A DNA stretch of 64,000 nucleotides, from the NCBI RefSeq assembly GCF_009914755.1, contig NC_060926.1; one strand, written 5' to 3'. Position 1 is the stretch's first letter. Each line of letters opens with the position of its first letter. Both the position numbers and the translations under genes were made by a program. The DNA comes from the human T2T-CHM13v2.0 reference genome, Homo sapiens. The notes under the pieces were generated by a model that saw only the letters and a program-made list of their open reading frames with translations, did no database searches and was not told where the DNA came from. Shown piece by piece: positions 28,223 through 46,392 of the stretch.

Positions 28223-31200
28223 TATCAGTGTTCACTTGAATTGGTAATGGCTTTTATTGTTATGCTCGTATTCATTCATATAATAATATTTATTAACGTA
28301 TGAAAAAATCATCATTAGGTTTTTCATTTGTTCGATTTTTTTCTTGTATCGTTGTAATCTTGATTATTCTTCTCAAATTCTGTTTTCTGCTGAAAATTAG
28401 AATGAGTGGGATAGATGGATTGCTGTAAAAATGTTTGATAAGTGCCAATATAGCCCATAAATCAATGGCTGGATTGATATGGAAAAGCTTTATGGGGATA
28501 TAGGGTAGAAAAATCATATAGAGGTTTAAGCTGCTATTTGAGTCTCCCACCACTTGGGAGAAGGCTAATCTGGCAAGAACTGTGGTTCCTGGGACTAGAG
28601 ATGGAATAGGGACTCCGAACCCAATTCAGTGGTAAGTTTGAAATCAGAGAAGTGCGTGAAGTTGAAAACAGTTGTACAGTAGTACTGAGATTGAAGGAGT
28701 TGTAAGGCAGGCTCTAGGGGCAGCTGAAGGGAGCTGGAGGCAGCAAGGACAGCCAGTTTTGAAACAGGAGTCATAGCTTCTGTGGTCTCACATTCTTTGG
28801 GTAGCAGTCAGAAGCTTTGGCTAGGCTGGATGCTGTGAGTATATTAAGACTAGAACCAGACAGTATCACTCGTTTCTTATTGCAATCAGACTAGCTGACA
28901 GAAGGGCAGGTAGACTTCCTTGTGTGTTCTTTGCTAACCTCACAATCTGACAGTCGGCATGCTGTCAGCTCTCCATTATCTGGACTGCTGAACCACCGCC
29001 ACTGAGCAATCATAAATCTTGAAATATCCCCATAGAGTAAGACTTTGGATATCCTGGTCAACCTCTGGAGAAGCAAGACTCAAGACAGGCCACTCCCTTG
29101 ATCCTGGGTGTCCATATGCAACTGTATTTAGCATAGAAAGTCTTGGAGTTTGCTAGTTTTCTCCTGGAAACACAGCTGCAGTCTCTCCACTCTTAATTTT
29201 GAATGTTGTGCTTAGAGCAGAACCACCTGTCTCTGTATCTGTATTTTCTTTCCAAAGAGCTGAGTGATTGCCTAGAACAGCTGTGGGTATTTGTGTTTTA
29301 TTTTTATAAGCCCTAAGCAACTGAGTGAAAAGCAAAGCCGATTATGTCATTGAGTCCTTTAATATGTATGAACAGGAAAGCAGAAAACTGAGTTAGCCAT
29401 AGCAAATACAAGGTTTACATAGAAGAAGAAACACTGAATTTTGCTGGGGAATCAATGAACAAAGAGGCAAAATGTTTGCATTTTGGGGGAAAGACTTATT
29501 TTATGTTCATTCAGATAAATGATCTTTACACGACGTCTTTTTAAATACTGCAAACACTGAATTTATATCCACAAGATGTAAGAGAAGCATAGTGGAGAAC
29601 ATGCTACATATAAGTCTGGCAAAGACAGTCAGGTTTTTGTGTGCACCAACCCCTACACATTTGTTAGTTCTTCCTTGCTCTGTTTAAAATAACTTCCTCT
29701 TTGTCTTTGAATTGTATAGCGTTTAAATGCCACCGGAAGTTAAGCCTCCACTCTGAAAACTTATTTGTGCTATCAAAACATTGTCAAGAATCTAGATAGC
29801 TAGAGCCAGATTTCTGGCATTCATGCCAGATGCCAGAAGATCTTTAGCTACTGACTATCACTGGAGAGTCTTTAGGTCAGTATAAGTGAGAAGATAATCT
29901 TATTTAGTATTGTGTAGCAACTTATTTGGAATTACAAGTCTCTTGGATCCTTGAGGGCTACATTTTGGCGGTGGTGGTGGTGGTAACATTTCAATAAGTC
30001 AACCAAGTGGAATTTCTAATCTTAATATGACAACCCATAGAATCCTTCTACCTAAAAAATTGTCACAAAATTTAGGGTATTTTATTCTCTTCTTCTCCTT
30101 ATTTCCCTTCTTATTTTAAGGTGGATCCAGTTTATCTCAGTTGCATTTTTTTCTCCTTCAATATAAAAATGCTATAAAATTATTATTTCTAAAACTTTGG
30201 AAAATATAGAAAAACTAAAAATAAGAACAATCCTATTCCCAAGGGCAAGTGTTGTTAGTGTCTCTCTCAGTCCTGGCCCAGGTTTGTTTTTATTTTTGTT
30301 TTGTTTCATAATTGTGACCATATTGTATGTATGATTTTGTTTTTGTAAACATTAGCACTGTCATAAGCTTTCTCCAATGCTAGTAAAATTATGTAAACAA
30401 TTCTTATTCTTCCTCTTTCATTTCTTCTCTTCCCTTCCATTGTCTTCTTTAAAAGTGTTTATCGTCTTCCCTCTTTCCTTATCAAATACCATTAAGGAGA
30501 CTTCTGCTTTTGGACAAGACAGAATAATAAGAACCGGGTTTTTCATCTAGTGTATTAGGAGGGGGTAGTGTGAGTTCAAGCACATCATGGCTATTAGAGT
30601 TCATGAGACATAATACCAAAGAAGAGAGGCCTGCACAGAGAGAAGGCTCTGGAGATCTGAAGAGCATCCCCTTTGAGTTTTCATCTAAGTACTGAACAGC
30701 ATGTGTGTGTGTGAAGAAACTATTCAAGTTTTCTAGGAGGAAAAACCATTGGGATTCACATAGGGCTTGGAAGAGTTTGTATTCCCACATGCCAGAGTGG
30801 ATAGAACTCATAATTTGTGGATGTAAGATAGTGTATTCAGAAGGATAATGTCCCAACAGTGGGATGAAATTAATCCTAGGTTAAAAGCTGCTCTGATCCT
30901 GTATAAAACAAGTATGAAAGCAGGTCTCAAAGGATCAAACTGTTTCCAAGTAATTTAATTCCAAGAACAAAGCTCAAGAATATTTACAAAAATATAGAAA
31001 AAAAAAATCCAGTACCTAACGAGATAAAATTAATGATGTCTGGGATCCAATAAAAATATTACCAAATATGCTAAGAAGCAGGAAATATGAGCCATAATGA
31101 AAAAAGTAATCAATAGAAAGAGACTCAGTAGTAATACAGATGACAGAATTAAAGGACATTAAAACAGATATTGTAATTATATTTCTTATGGTCAAGAAGG

Positions 31201-32516
31201 TAGATTATAGCCTGAGTATGTTAAAAAGGGACATGAAAGATATTTTTTAACTGTAAATCAAACTTCTAGAGATAAAACTACAATGCCTGAAAGAAAAAAT
31301 ACATTGGATGGAATTAACAGCAGATTAGTCACTTCAGAAGGAAAGATTAATGAACTTAAGGCAGAGCAATAGAAACTATTCAAAAGGAAACAAATTAAAA
31401 AGACCAATAAAAGTGAATACAGCTTCAGGGAGTTTAGGGCAAGTTTAAGCAGCCTAATACACACATAATGGGAGTTCCCAAAGGAAGTAAGTGGGAACAG
31501 AAAAAAAAAATCAAAGAAATAATGGCTAAAACTTTCCCAAGTTTAATGAAACCTCTAAACCACACAGATTCAAGAAGCTTAGTAAATGCCAAGTATAAGA
31601 GGCATGATGCTAAGTCACATCACAATCAAATTAGTAATAAAGAGAAAAATAATAAAGCAACCAGAGAAAAAAGACACATATGGAAAAAAGAATGAAGATT
31701 AGAATTATCACAGACTACTAACTGGAAACAATGCATGTTAGAAGACAGTGTAGAAACAACTTTAAAACACTTAAAGAAAAAAACTGTCAACTTAGCATTC
31801 TCCAGCCAGCAAAAATATTTGTCATACAGTGGAGGTGTATTGAACATAGAGTTACCATGACGTATCAATTTTATTCCTAGGTTTATGTTCACACAAAACT
31901 TGTATACAAATGTTCATAGCATTCCTAATGATTAAAAAGTGAAAATAATTCAAATATTCATCATGTGATAAATGAATAAGTAAAATATGATATACGCATA
32001 CAATGGAAAGTTACTTGGCAATAATAAGAAATGAAGTACTGATACAAGCAACAACATGCATGAACCCTGAAAATGTTACGGCAAGTGAAAAAAACAGTAA
32101 AAGGTGATTGGATATTTTATGATTCCACTTATGTGAAATATCCAGAATAGGCAAGTCTGTAGTGACAGAAAGTGGACTAATAGTTGCTTAGGGCTGGAAG
32201 TGGGAGGAGAAAATGGAAAGTGACAGATAAAGCAAGTTAGGATTTCTTTAGGGAGAACAGAAATGTGGCAATGGATGCATAATCTTGTGTATATCCTAAA
32301 AATATTGAAATATACATTTTAAAAGGGAGAATTGTATGGTATTTGAATTATATCTCAATAAAACCATTGAAATCATGATAAAGGTGAAATATTTTTTTCA
32401 GATATAAAAAGCTGAAAGCTTAATCAGCAAAAGACCTGAGCTAAAATATTAAAGGAAGTTTTCAGGTAGAAGGAATATGATATCACAGGGAAATCTGAAT
32501 CTACACAATGGGATAA

Positions 32517-33197
<681 letters not shown>

Positions 33198-33644
33198 TTT
33201 AAAATATTTCTTTAAAATATTACTGACTAAAGCAAAAAAAAGTATGATGGACTTTATAACAATAAAAAAGTAAAACGTGTAAAAACAAGACCAAGACCAG
33301 AATGGGAAGAGCTGGAACTTTACTGTCGTAGCATTTTAATATTATACATAACATGGTATAATATTAGATGTGTAATATAAAATCTAAAGCAACTACTACA
33401 AAAACAATACTAGAAGTTATAGCTACTAAGCCAACAAAGGATAAAAAATAGAATCAAAATTAATTAATCCAAAAGAAGGAAGTAAAAGGGAACAAAGAAT
33501 AGGTGGGACTACTAGAAAAGAAACAAAGAAGGTAGATTTAAACACAATCATATCAACAATCACATTAAATGTAAATGTTCTAAATTCTCTAATTAAATGT
33601 AGTCAGACTGCATTTTTTTTTTAAAAAAAAGCAAGACCAAACTA

Positions 33645-33986
33645 CAGTCATGCATTGCTTAACAACAAGGATGCATTCTAAGAAACGCCTAATTAGGTGA
33701 TTTCCTCATTGTGTGAACATCATCGTGTGTACTTACACAAACCTAGACAGTATAGCCTTCTATGTACCTAGGCTATATGATATAGCCTATTGCTCCTAGG
33801 CTACAAACCTGTATAACATGTTACTGTACTGAATACTATAGGCAAGTGTAGCACAATGATAATTATTTGTGTATTTAAACATAGAAAAGGTATAGTAAAA
33901 ATGCAGTTTTATAATCTTATGGAACGACCATTGGTTCCATATATAGCCCATCATTAACTGAAACATTACTATTTGATACATGACCG
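33645..33986 (+). mobile_element. Tigger3a/MER7-type MITE with TA TSDs
   Basis: ta|cagtcatgc...catgaccg|ta termini; cctaggctacaaacctgta core. Confidence 0.85.
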
Positions 33987-36082
33987 TATATGCTGGCTAC
34001 AAGAAACTCACTTTCAATATAAAGACACAAGTAGGTTTGTGATGGCCTCTTATTGGGTTGACGTAGATTGACTGAACTAAATTTCTTGTAGTTCCCCTTC
34101 CTGTATATACCCTATTAGAGTAGACCACAGGAGAGATTCTTATGGGCTATTTGAAGTGCAGAAGAAAAACAGCAGCCATTTGGTTGCTCACATACATTGT
34201 CTCTTATCTGCTAACTCACCACATTTATCCTGAAGCAGGGCTTCACCTGCAATTGCTCTGCATTCTCCTGAATCATTCAGCTTCTCTGATTTCTTGGCCA
34301 GCTCTGTGATGAAGAACCTAGCTTCTGCAGGACATCCATACCATCAAGAAACTTCAGAAACCAGTAAAAGAAGAGCAAACTATACAAAAAGGAAGCAGGA
34401 GAAAGGAAATAATAAGAAAATAAATGAAATAGAAAATAGGCAAATTGTATAGAAATATCAGTGAAACTAAAAGCTTGTTCTATAAGAATATTAATAAAGT
34501 AAATAAATCTCAATCCCAACTGATCAGAAGAAAATAGAGAAGACATAAATTACCATAAGCATGGGTGAGAGAGGTGACATCACTATAGGTCCTACAGATA
34601 AAAGAATAATATATAAATATTATGAATAACTTTATGACAATAAATTCCACTTAGATGAAATAGACAAATTCCTTGATCAACTCAAACTAGCCAAACTCAC
34701 TCATGAAGAAATAGATAACCAGAGTAGTCCTCTATCCATTAAAGAAATTGAATTTGTGGTTAAAAGCCTTGCTATAAAGAAAACTGCAGTGTTAGCTGCT
34801 TTATTAGTCAAGTCCACTAAGCTTCGAAGAAAGAAATAATACTAATTCTTCATGAACTCTTCCAGAAAACTGTAGAGGAGGAACTATGTCACAACTGATT
34901 CTGAGGCCAACATTACTCTGACACCAAAATTAGACAAAGACCTTGCAAGAAAAGAAAAGTTCAGACAAATATACCTCATGAACATAGATGCAAAAATTCT
35001 TAACAAATTTTAGTAAATTGATTCCAACAATATATGAAAGGACAATATGTCATAATGAAGTGGGACTTATCCATAGAATGGAAGGTTTGCTGAATGGTTT
35101 AAAAAAAAAAGTTATTTATCTTATTAACAGACTAAAAAAGAAAAACCATAGATCATCTCAACTGACAATAAAATGTGTTTGGCAATATCCATCATCCATT
35201 CCTGATTTTTTAAAAAACTGTCAGCAAACTCAGAACAGAAGGGAATTTACTCAACCTACAGGTTATTTCCAAAAACCTACAGCTAACATCATACTTAATG
35301 GTAAAAGACCGGATACTTTTTCCCTAAGATGAGGATCAAGTAAAAAATATATGTTCTTACCACTTGTATTCAATGTTATAGTAGATATTCTACTTGCCAG
35401 TGAAATAAGGCAAGAAAAGGAGCTAAATTTGCCTTTATTCACAGAAGAAATGATCCTTTATGTAGACAAAAAGTACAGAATATATTTTGAAAGCTATTTA
35501 AACTAGTATGTGAGTTTAGTAAGATCAATACATAATATTATACGACAAAATCATTTGTTTTTCTGTATACCAATAATGAATAATCAGACACTGAAATTTA
35601 AGAATACCACTTATAATAGCAATTAAATATATGAAATGCTTAGTGATAAATTTAACCAAGGATGTGCATTGATTGTACACTGAAAATTATAAAGCATTAC
35701 AGAGAGAAATTCAAGGAGATTTAGCTAAATGGGGACCTATGCCATGTTCATTAATTAAAAGACTAAGTACTGTTAAGATGCCAAGTTTCCCTAAGTTGTA
35801 ATCTCAACCAGAATTCCAAGATTTTTTAAAAAGTAATTGATAATCTAACTTTCAAATTTATATGGAAATACAAAGAACCTGAAATAACCAAAAACTTTGT
35901 AAAATAAGGAGAAAGTTTAGGGGCTGATTTCAAGACTTATTATAAAGATACAGTAATCCAGGCAGTGTAGTATCAGCATAAAGTGAAAAAACTAAACCAA
36001 TGAAACAATATAGACAGTCTAGAAACAGACCCATACGTATATATGGTCAATTGATTTTTGACAAATTTGCCAAGGCAATTCA

Positions 36083-36434
<352 letters not shown>

Positions 36435-37208
36435 TACATGGATACCAAAATAAACCTTATCCCTTATGTCATATCATACAGGAAAATAAAGTTGAAATTG
36501 ATCATATCCCTAAATAAAACAATAACACTTTTAGAATAAAACATAAGAGAAAACCTTGGTGATCTGTTTTTGTTGAAGTTTTTAAAACAGCATACAAAGA
36601 AAGGAATAAAAAAGGAAAGTCAATTATTTGGACTTCACCACAAAATGAAAATACTTTGTGCATCATAGACATGGTAAGAATGTGAAAGGGCAAACCACAG
36701 AATGAGAGAATATCTTTTTGAAAGATATTTGACAAAAGATTACAGTATAAAAAGAACCGTTACAACTCCAGGATCCTAAGACCAAAAAAATAAAAAATAA
36801 AAAAACTTGTGAAAAATGGGCCAAACTTGCATAAAAGTTGATATAAGAATGGCAGATAGGCCCATGGAAAGATGCTTCATAGCCTTACTCACTAGGGAAA
36901 TGCAAATGAAAACCACCTCACACCCACTAGAATGGCTAATGTTATAAAACCTGTTAAAATTACAAAGTACTGGTAGGGATGTGGATTAACTGGAACTCTC
37001 ATATATTGCTGATGTAAAATGGCACGATGTACTGGGGAGACATTTTGTTGGTTTCTTAAGAATTTAAGCCTATACCTACCATACAACCCAGTTGTTGTCC
37101 TCTATGCATTGATCCAAGACAAAATAAACTTATTTGTTCACAAAATAAAGCCTATGTAGTGAATGTTCATAGCAGCTTTATTTACAATAGACAAAAACTA
37201 CAAACAAT

Positions 37209-37563
<355 letters not shown>

Positions 37564-38119
37564 TCAACATGCTGTGATTTATCCATGCAATGGAATACTT
37601 TTCAGCAATAAAAAGGGATGGACTATTGTATTGATCCATGTAACGGAATGGATGACTCTCAAAATAATTATGCTGCGTGAAAGAAGCCAAAGATGAGTGC
37701 ATGCTGTGTGATCCCATTATATAAAATGCAAACTAATCTATAGTGACAGATAGCAGATCAGCTGTTGCCTGGGAACACAGAGGATTATTGTGGAGGAGGG
37801 GCAGGAAGGAGAGATTATAAAAGGGCATAGGAAGCTATTTGAGGTGGATGATATATTAATTATCTTGATGGTGGTTATGATTTTATGGGCATATACATAT
37901 GTCAAAACTCAACGTATTGTGCACTTAAATATGTATAGTTCACTGTATATCCATTATACCTCCATAAAGCTGTAAAACAAAAAGCCATTAGGCAGATCCA
38001 AACAAGTTAGGCAGCGTATAGAGGCAGGTTCAAATTAGAGTTTTGGGTGAGAGAAGGAGGGGGTTGCAGAAAGCCTGGCCATTTACAGGATGATTCATAT
38101 AAGAGGAGCCAGGCTTTTC

Positions 38120-38950
38120 ACTGTTGGAGTTACAATTACAGAAAAATAAAAGGAAACCAGAATGAACTTTGTGTTGTTAGACTTTGTGGTATCAGTGTGA
38201 ATCTTATGGTTTTTATGTGTGCAGACACACAAATACAGAGAGATTTGATGTGTGTATACATTCATATACATCCTACCTCTATTCACAGAAAGGGCCTGGG
38301 AATAGTCATGCCCCAGCTATAACAAGCACATCTAGCATCTAGATTTTGACTTGTTAATATCACTTTTCAATGAAAGGAAGCAGGGCTTCTTGGAGAAACA
38401 TCAGATTCCAGGGCTGAGGCAGGGAATGTACAAGATGAACCTGAATATCCTTCTGTGCTAGGAAGCAAAGAAATTCTCAAACAATAATGAGGAGATAACA
38501 AAAATTCTCAGAAGCCAGTTTAAAGAGGCTTTCATTGGCCACATCTGGTGATTTGAGCATCAAGATAAATAATGACAGTTACAGATTCTAATCTACTGAA
38601 TAAAACACAAATATGTGGCTCCACACTGCTAAAAGAAATAAATGAATAAATGAATAAACAAATGGGAAGGCAAGAGAAGTCTCCCTTACAGTAGAAAGCC
38701 AACTAATAAATGTAGAAGGATTGATGATATCAGAAGGTCTCCATTTGACAACTATCACAGTAATAATTAACATTAATGGACACCCAAACTGGTGGGTGAA
38801 AGTAGGGTTTAAATGAAATTTTACATAGTCTCAAATTATCTCTCCAGAAAATATCTATTGATTACAAAAGGGGAAAAACATGACTTTCTAGTTGTAGAAG
38901 CCTGGCAGACACTGTCTTGACCAAGAAAAGTTAACACCACCAGTAATGAG
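38120..38950 (+). mobile_element. Ancient L1M 3' region
   Basis: cagattccagggctgaggcagggaatgtacaagatga and ttacagtagaaagccaactaataaatgtagaagga resemble L1MC/MD 3' UTR. Confidence 0.55.
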
Positions 38951-38956
38951 ACTTTT

Positions 38957-39016
38957 ATAGGTGCAAGATGGACCACCCCTCACCTCCAAAATTGGTTTAG
39001 ATTTGAGACTGATGAT

Positions 39017-39053
<37 letters not shown>

Positions 39054-39387
39054 ACACCCCAAGAGGATAAAAAGAGATTTATTTATTACTCATATATTGA
39101 GGCTTTCTGGGAAGAGTAGGGCAGGCTCCCAAACAGGTCTGGAAATGGCTGAGAAAGCACAGAGGGTGACTGGCTTTGATTTTTTATTGTGGTTAATGGG
39201 CTCCGGCTGGGGTGAGGGTTACCAGTTATGGGACAGGGCTCACGTGCTTTGAACCTCCCACCAGCATCAAACAAGGAATCACCCAGGCTTTCTTATCAGC
39301 TTGCCAAGATGTAGGGCAGAAGAGGAAGAAAGAGGAGTGGGCCTTGAAAGCTGTTAGCAGTCACACATGAAAAATAGAATCAGACTA
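38957..39387 (-). mobile_element. LTR47-like LTR containing (CA)n at about 39019-39057
   Basis: ctttcttatcagcttgccaagatgtaggg...aaaaatagaatcagact. Confidence 0.6.
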
Positions 39388-39508
39388 GAAACAAACAGAT
39401 GCCATGCTCCATCCAATAGTTGCAATGAAAAGAATACAACATCTGTGATATTCCAGCCAAAAATATATTACCTGGGTCTAATTATGAGAAACATCAAACA
39501 AATCCACT

Positions 39509-40050
39509 GTGTAGATGAGAATTAACATAGCAGGCCTGGGGCTGCTATCCTTAGAAAGGCCTGCTTGCAAGGTTGCCCATGATTGGTATCTGGGAACTTG
39601 GATTTAAGGAGTGTTCCCATCACACAGTGAGTGGCTCGCTCTGCCCAAACTGCTTGTACAAAGAATGAGGATTGTGTTGAATTCTGCTTTCCTTTGGGGA
39701 GTCTGGAATTTTGGTACTTGCTGGACAGAGAGTGTCTATGTGACCAGTCACAATAAAACCCTTGAGCACTGAATTTCTAATAAGCTTCCTGGTAGGTAAC
39801 ATTTCACATGTGTTATCAGAGCTCATTGCTGGGGAAATTAACACATCCTGTATGATTCTACTGGGGAGAAGTCTTGGGAGCTTGCCTGGTTTTCTCTGGA
39901 TTTTGCCCATTGTGCCTTTTCCCTTTGCTAATTTTCCTTTTTATTCTTTGGCTTTAATAAATCATAGCGACGACTGTGGCCATCTGCTGAGTCCTGTGAG
40001 TCCTCCTAGCAAATCATCAAACCTGGAGTGATCCTGAGGAACCCAACACA
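39509..40050 (+). mobile_element. MER68 LTR
   Basis: ttaacatagcaggcctg...ctgctatccttagaaaggcctgcttgcaagg...gagtcctgtgagtcctcctagc...caacaca. Confidence 0.85.
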
Positions 40051-40288
40051 CCCACATTGAAAAATATTCTAAGTGATTGTCCTATAATCTTTAAAGAATG
40101 TTGAGGTCATGAAAAATAGTCATAACAGCTGTGAACAATGTTGAGATCTTGAACTGCATTCTTTTCTGTAAAGGATGTTTCTGGGACAGTTGGCCAAACT
40201 TGAATGGCATCTCTAGATGATGGGTCCATGAAAGTTCTTTATGCCAACCTTGCAAGTTTTTGGTAAGTTTAGAACTGTTTCAAAATAA

Positions 40289-40606
<318 letters not shown>

Positions 40607-43389
40607 TAAAGTATGTATTTTTTCAAAACTCTGGAAGCATTTTTTATTGGCTGCATAATATTCTACTGCACAATTATCTATCATAGTTTCTTCAGCCTAG
40701 TGGTTTTCAACCCTGGCTACACATGAAAGCCACTCAGAGACTTTTTATACATATATGCCTAGGTCTCAGTCCTAGAGATTTTGATTCAGTTGTTCTGATA
40801 TGAAGATTAGGAATCATTATTGTAAAAATATAGCAAACCAAGTGATTTTAATGTGGAACCAGAAATGAAAATCAGTAGGCTAAGAAAAACTATAATAGTA
40901 ACCAATCCCTTAATGTTGATTATTTAGGTTGTTTCTAGCCATAGTATGTCAATAAAAATATTTGTGCATAAAGCTTTTCCCTTATTTTGTATTATGTTCT
41001 TAATATTAACCCCAGAGATCAAAGGGTATGAATATTTTTAAGGCTGCTCTTGGTATTTTTCCAAATCGATTTTAAAAGCAAATTATCTGGTGTCTGTTCT
41101 ACTGTATGTAGATAGAACATTCTCCATTTTAAATGTCTTTGTTAGTATAATAGAAAAAAGGTGCTATATTATTCTAATTTGTATTTTTAAACTTTCTCTA
41201 GAGGGTTAAGCATTTCCAAATTTTGTTGTGCATCAGCGTTTCCTCTCTGGGAAATAATTGTTATATTCTTTTATGTATTAGGAAGGTAGTCTTTCTCAGA
41301 TAGTTTTATGTAAGTGCTTTATCATATATAAGTGCAATATTTCCCCAGTTTGTGGTTTGACTTTTAATTTTTGTCATTTTACTCTTTAAGAGAAAGAATA
41401 TTTTCTTGGGAATGAGAAAATATGCTGCAGTAGCAAGAAGAGCTGGCAAATTCAAGGCTTATTCTATATCTGGAAGGAGTTCCTAAGACAGAGGAGGAAA
41501 AAATACTGCAAGCTGTGGCCAAGAAGTTCTGTGTTTTGTATTACCAAGGTGTTTTGAGGGTTGAAGAATATGTATCAAACCCAATAGGGTTTATTTTATT
41601 CTTATTCATAGGACTATGTGCCCTATTTTAAGTACCACCTTAGAGAGAACAACACATGCTAGAGTTATTTTTCTCCTTCGTCATAGAATGTTTGGAAAAT
41701 CAGATACTAAATTAGTTGTAACACGGCCCTGAAAATAAAAACTTGCTAAAAAAAATGAGTTCACACAAAAAGTGTAGTGTGGGTTGGCAAAAACAGAAAT
41801 AAACAGATCATTCTGTCTATTATGGAGAAGATATTCTGGGCTAATCCCACTCACAATCACTGCAGTATTCAGTGTAATAGGGCAAGAAGTCTTATCACAA
41901 GATGTTATTTCAGAAAATGCTATAAAAAACTTATATCCCAAGAAGATAAGTGAATTGCACATAGACCTGAGAAATCTAGGCTAGTCTGAAAAAATCCATT
42001 CACCCCCTTCAGGGTTAATGGAAGGCTTCTGCCACGTGGGGGAGCTCAAATCTCACTTCCCTCAGCTATTACTCCACCCACAAAGTAGTTGATTACTAAT
42101 ATTGGATTGGTCAAGTCCAGGAACACGGTTTAGGTCACTATGCTTGGGCCTGGAACTTTCTCTTTGCTAAAGGAAAGGTTAAATATGGTTCCTGGTGGCA
42201 AAATTTCTTTTATAGCTCATTTTGTAGTTTTTTTTCCCCCCTTGATTGGCTTTTTAGGAAAACTGATTTCCTATTCAACTGGGTGATGAAACAGTTTGAG
42301 GGCTTTACTGAGACCTTTGTGCCCTGCTGCCCCCTGGAAGGTCTTGGGGGGCAATGGATGGTTTCTAAGAAGAAGAAAAACTTTTCATTATTTCCTTGCT
42401 TTAATTGCAATTTGATTGGAATTGCCTTTTCTTTCCATTATAGACAAACAATAAGGATGACTGTGGGCCAGGTAACATCCTCTGGGTGATGAGACAGAAC
42501 TGATTGTAGTAGGTTAGGAATTAATTTCAAGGGCAAAGGAAGGCTTGTCTCAAAACAGACAAAACTTCACTGTAGACAATTTTGGACTGGTGGTGCTGGC
42601 ATTGATGGACAGGAGGAACAACCCCAGGGATTTGTTTACCTTCTTATCTCCTTTTGTTCCCCCTGGGCTGAGATGAATCCTGATAATGGCAGGGATTTTT
42701 GAGCACTAAAATTATTCAATAAATCAGAGTTATGAAATTCATCACTAGACAAATGAAGATCCGTAAAAGCCATTTTCTTTCTTTCTTCTCTTTCTTCCTT
42801 TCTTTTTGTTCATTCATGCCTCTTTTCCTTTTGGAGGTGGTTGCATTTAAGATTTATCAATAATTGCTTTTCCTATTTAAAATTGATTTTTAACTATATA
42901 AATGATTTCCAAATACCTTCTTCTTCCAAAAAACTGGAAGCCTACAGCTAAAGCTGCCATTAAGTCATCTTTGAGCACTATCCAACGACCCTGATGCCAT
43001 ATCCCAGGCATTACAATAGAGTAGTAAGGAAGGGCTGGAGCCAGATTGCTTAGGTTCAAATTAAACTAATTAACTGGCTGTGCAACTTTATGCAAGTTAC
43101 TTAACCTGACTATGCCTGATTTTCTTATCTGGAGGATGGATATTAATGCCTAACTCATAGGGTGATTTTAAGGATTAAATGTAATAATATTTGTAAAGCA
43201 CTTAAACACCATATGGCATGTAGAAGCACTTAATAAATGTTAGCTATTGTTCTTCTACTTACTACTTGTGATATGTATTTCTTCCCATAGATCATGCAAT
43301 GAGCTATGATCGCACCACTGCAGTCCAGCCTGGGCAAGAGAATGAGCTGCTGTTCCCTCCCCACCCCCCCAAAAAAAAGAGAGAGAGAG

Positions 43390-44674
<1,285 letters not shown>

Positions 44675-44829
44675 AGAGAGAGTGAGAGAGATAGGGAATC
44701 CTTAGGGGGAAATGGATATGGAACAACAGGAGTAAAGCATTAGATTGTGTTGCTGTAGAAAAAGAGGTCAAGAGGTAACCAGTATTATGAGTTTTCAGAA
44801 TATCATTTTAGTATCATCAGTATGTGTGT

Positions 44830-45600
44830 GTTTGACAAAATGGTGTCATATGCATTTTATTCTACAGCTTGCCTTTTTCAATTAGCAGTGATGTTTGAGA
44901 TTTATCCATGTTGATACAAATAGATCTAGTATATTCCTTTTAACTGTTATTGCTACTAATACTTGTCTGTTACAAACAGTGCTGCCTGGAACCTTTGAAT
45001 AAGTGTCTACAAAGTGAATATGTGCCAGAGTTTCTCTCAAATAGAAATCTATATGTGGAACTGCTGGGTTCTAGGCTATGTGCAAATTACTTGAACCAAT
45101 TTATATTCCCACAGCAGTATCTGAGAGTACCCAGTTCCTGAAAACCTTGTAAAAATTCATAAATAAAATTAAACCTTTGTGCCAATCTAAGGGAGAGAAA
45201 CAGTATGTCATTGTTTTACTTTGCATTTCCCTGGTTTCTAGTGAGATTGAGCATCTTTTCATGTTTATTGGCCATTTGCATTTTCTCTTTCGTGAATCAT
45301 CTGTTTATAATCTCTATTCAGATTTCTATTACATTGTCTGATTTTTTCTTATTAATCTATGAGATGATCTTTTGTTAAGTATGCTGCATATACTTTCTCC
45401 TAATCAGCTTTGCTTAGCTTTCAGCTTTTTTCATGGAGTCTTTGGTCATACAGGCCTAAATGTTAGTGCAATCAAGTTGATCGGCTTAGTTTCTCATTTT
45501 GGGGGGCTTGTTTTTCATTTTGCTTTTTGATTCTTGTTTAAGAAATCCTCTTTACCACATATTTGTAAGAATATTCATTTATATTGATCTAAATATATCT
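44830..45600 (-). mobile_element. Ancient L1ME-type 3' fragment
   Basis: tttgcatttccctggtttctagtgagattgagcatcttttcatgtttattggccatt. Confidence 0.65.
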
Positions 45601-46027
45601 CTTTCTATACACACACACACATACATATTTTAAGTAGACCCTTTCTATACATGAATTTGTCATCTTGGAAAATATAAAGGCCTCTGGTGCCAGAACACTC
45701 TGGCTATAGATATTATGTTTGCTCAGAGGCAGAAGAAAAACTATAGATGAAGAAGAAAGATTCAAAATTTGATAGAGGATCAGAAAAGTATTGCTTGGGC
45801 TTTGGAAGTGGTGAATCTGAAACATGAAGGGAAACAGGACTAGCTTTAAGAATAGACTTTTTTTCTTGAGGTTAAGTGGGAAGAGAATATACTGGGAAGG
45901 ATGACATCGATTAGACAAATGGTATAAGCTTACATGTTGTAGAGAAGGAATGACATTACATTAGGAATAGATGAAGTTTGGGAAAATATGTGAATCTACC
46001 CGAAAGAGATAGGGAATCTTAAATCAA

Positions 46028-46392
46028 CTGGGAGTGGTGGTGTGTGCCTGTAGTCCTAGCTACTCAGGTGGCTAAGCAGGGAGGATTGCTTGACCCCAGG
46101 AGTTAGAGGCTGCAATGAGCCGTGACTGCTCCAGTCTGGGCGACAGAGCGAGAACGTGTGAGAGAGAAAGAGAGATAGGGCATCCTTGGGGGAGGGGCGG
46201 AAAAGATATGGAACAATAGGAGTAAAGAGGTTGTGCTGCTGCAGAAAAAGAGGTCAAGATACCTAATGCTAAATGACAAGTTAATGGGTGCAGCACACCA
46301 ACATGGCACATGTATACATATGTAACAAACCTGCACGTTGTGCACATGTACCCTAAAACTTAAAGTATAACAACAATAAAATAATAAATAAA
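46028..46392 (+). mobile_element. Alu monomer (about 46028-46165) and short L1PA 3' end (about 46259-46392)
   Basis: Monomer TSD gagataggg(a/c)atc; L1 end gtaccctaaaacttaaagtata with gaggtca flanks. Confidence 0.85.
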
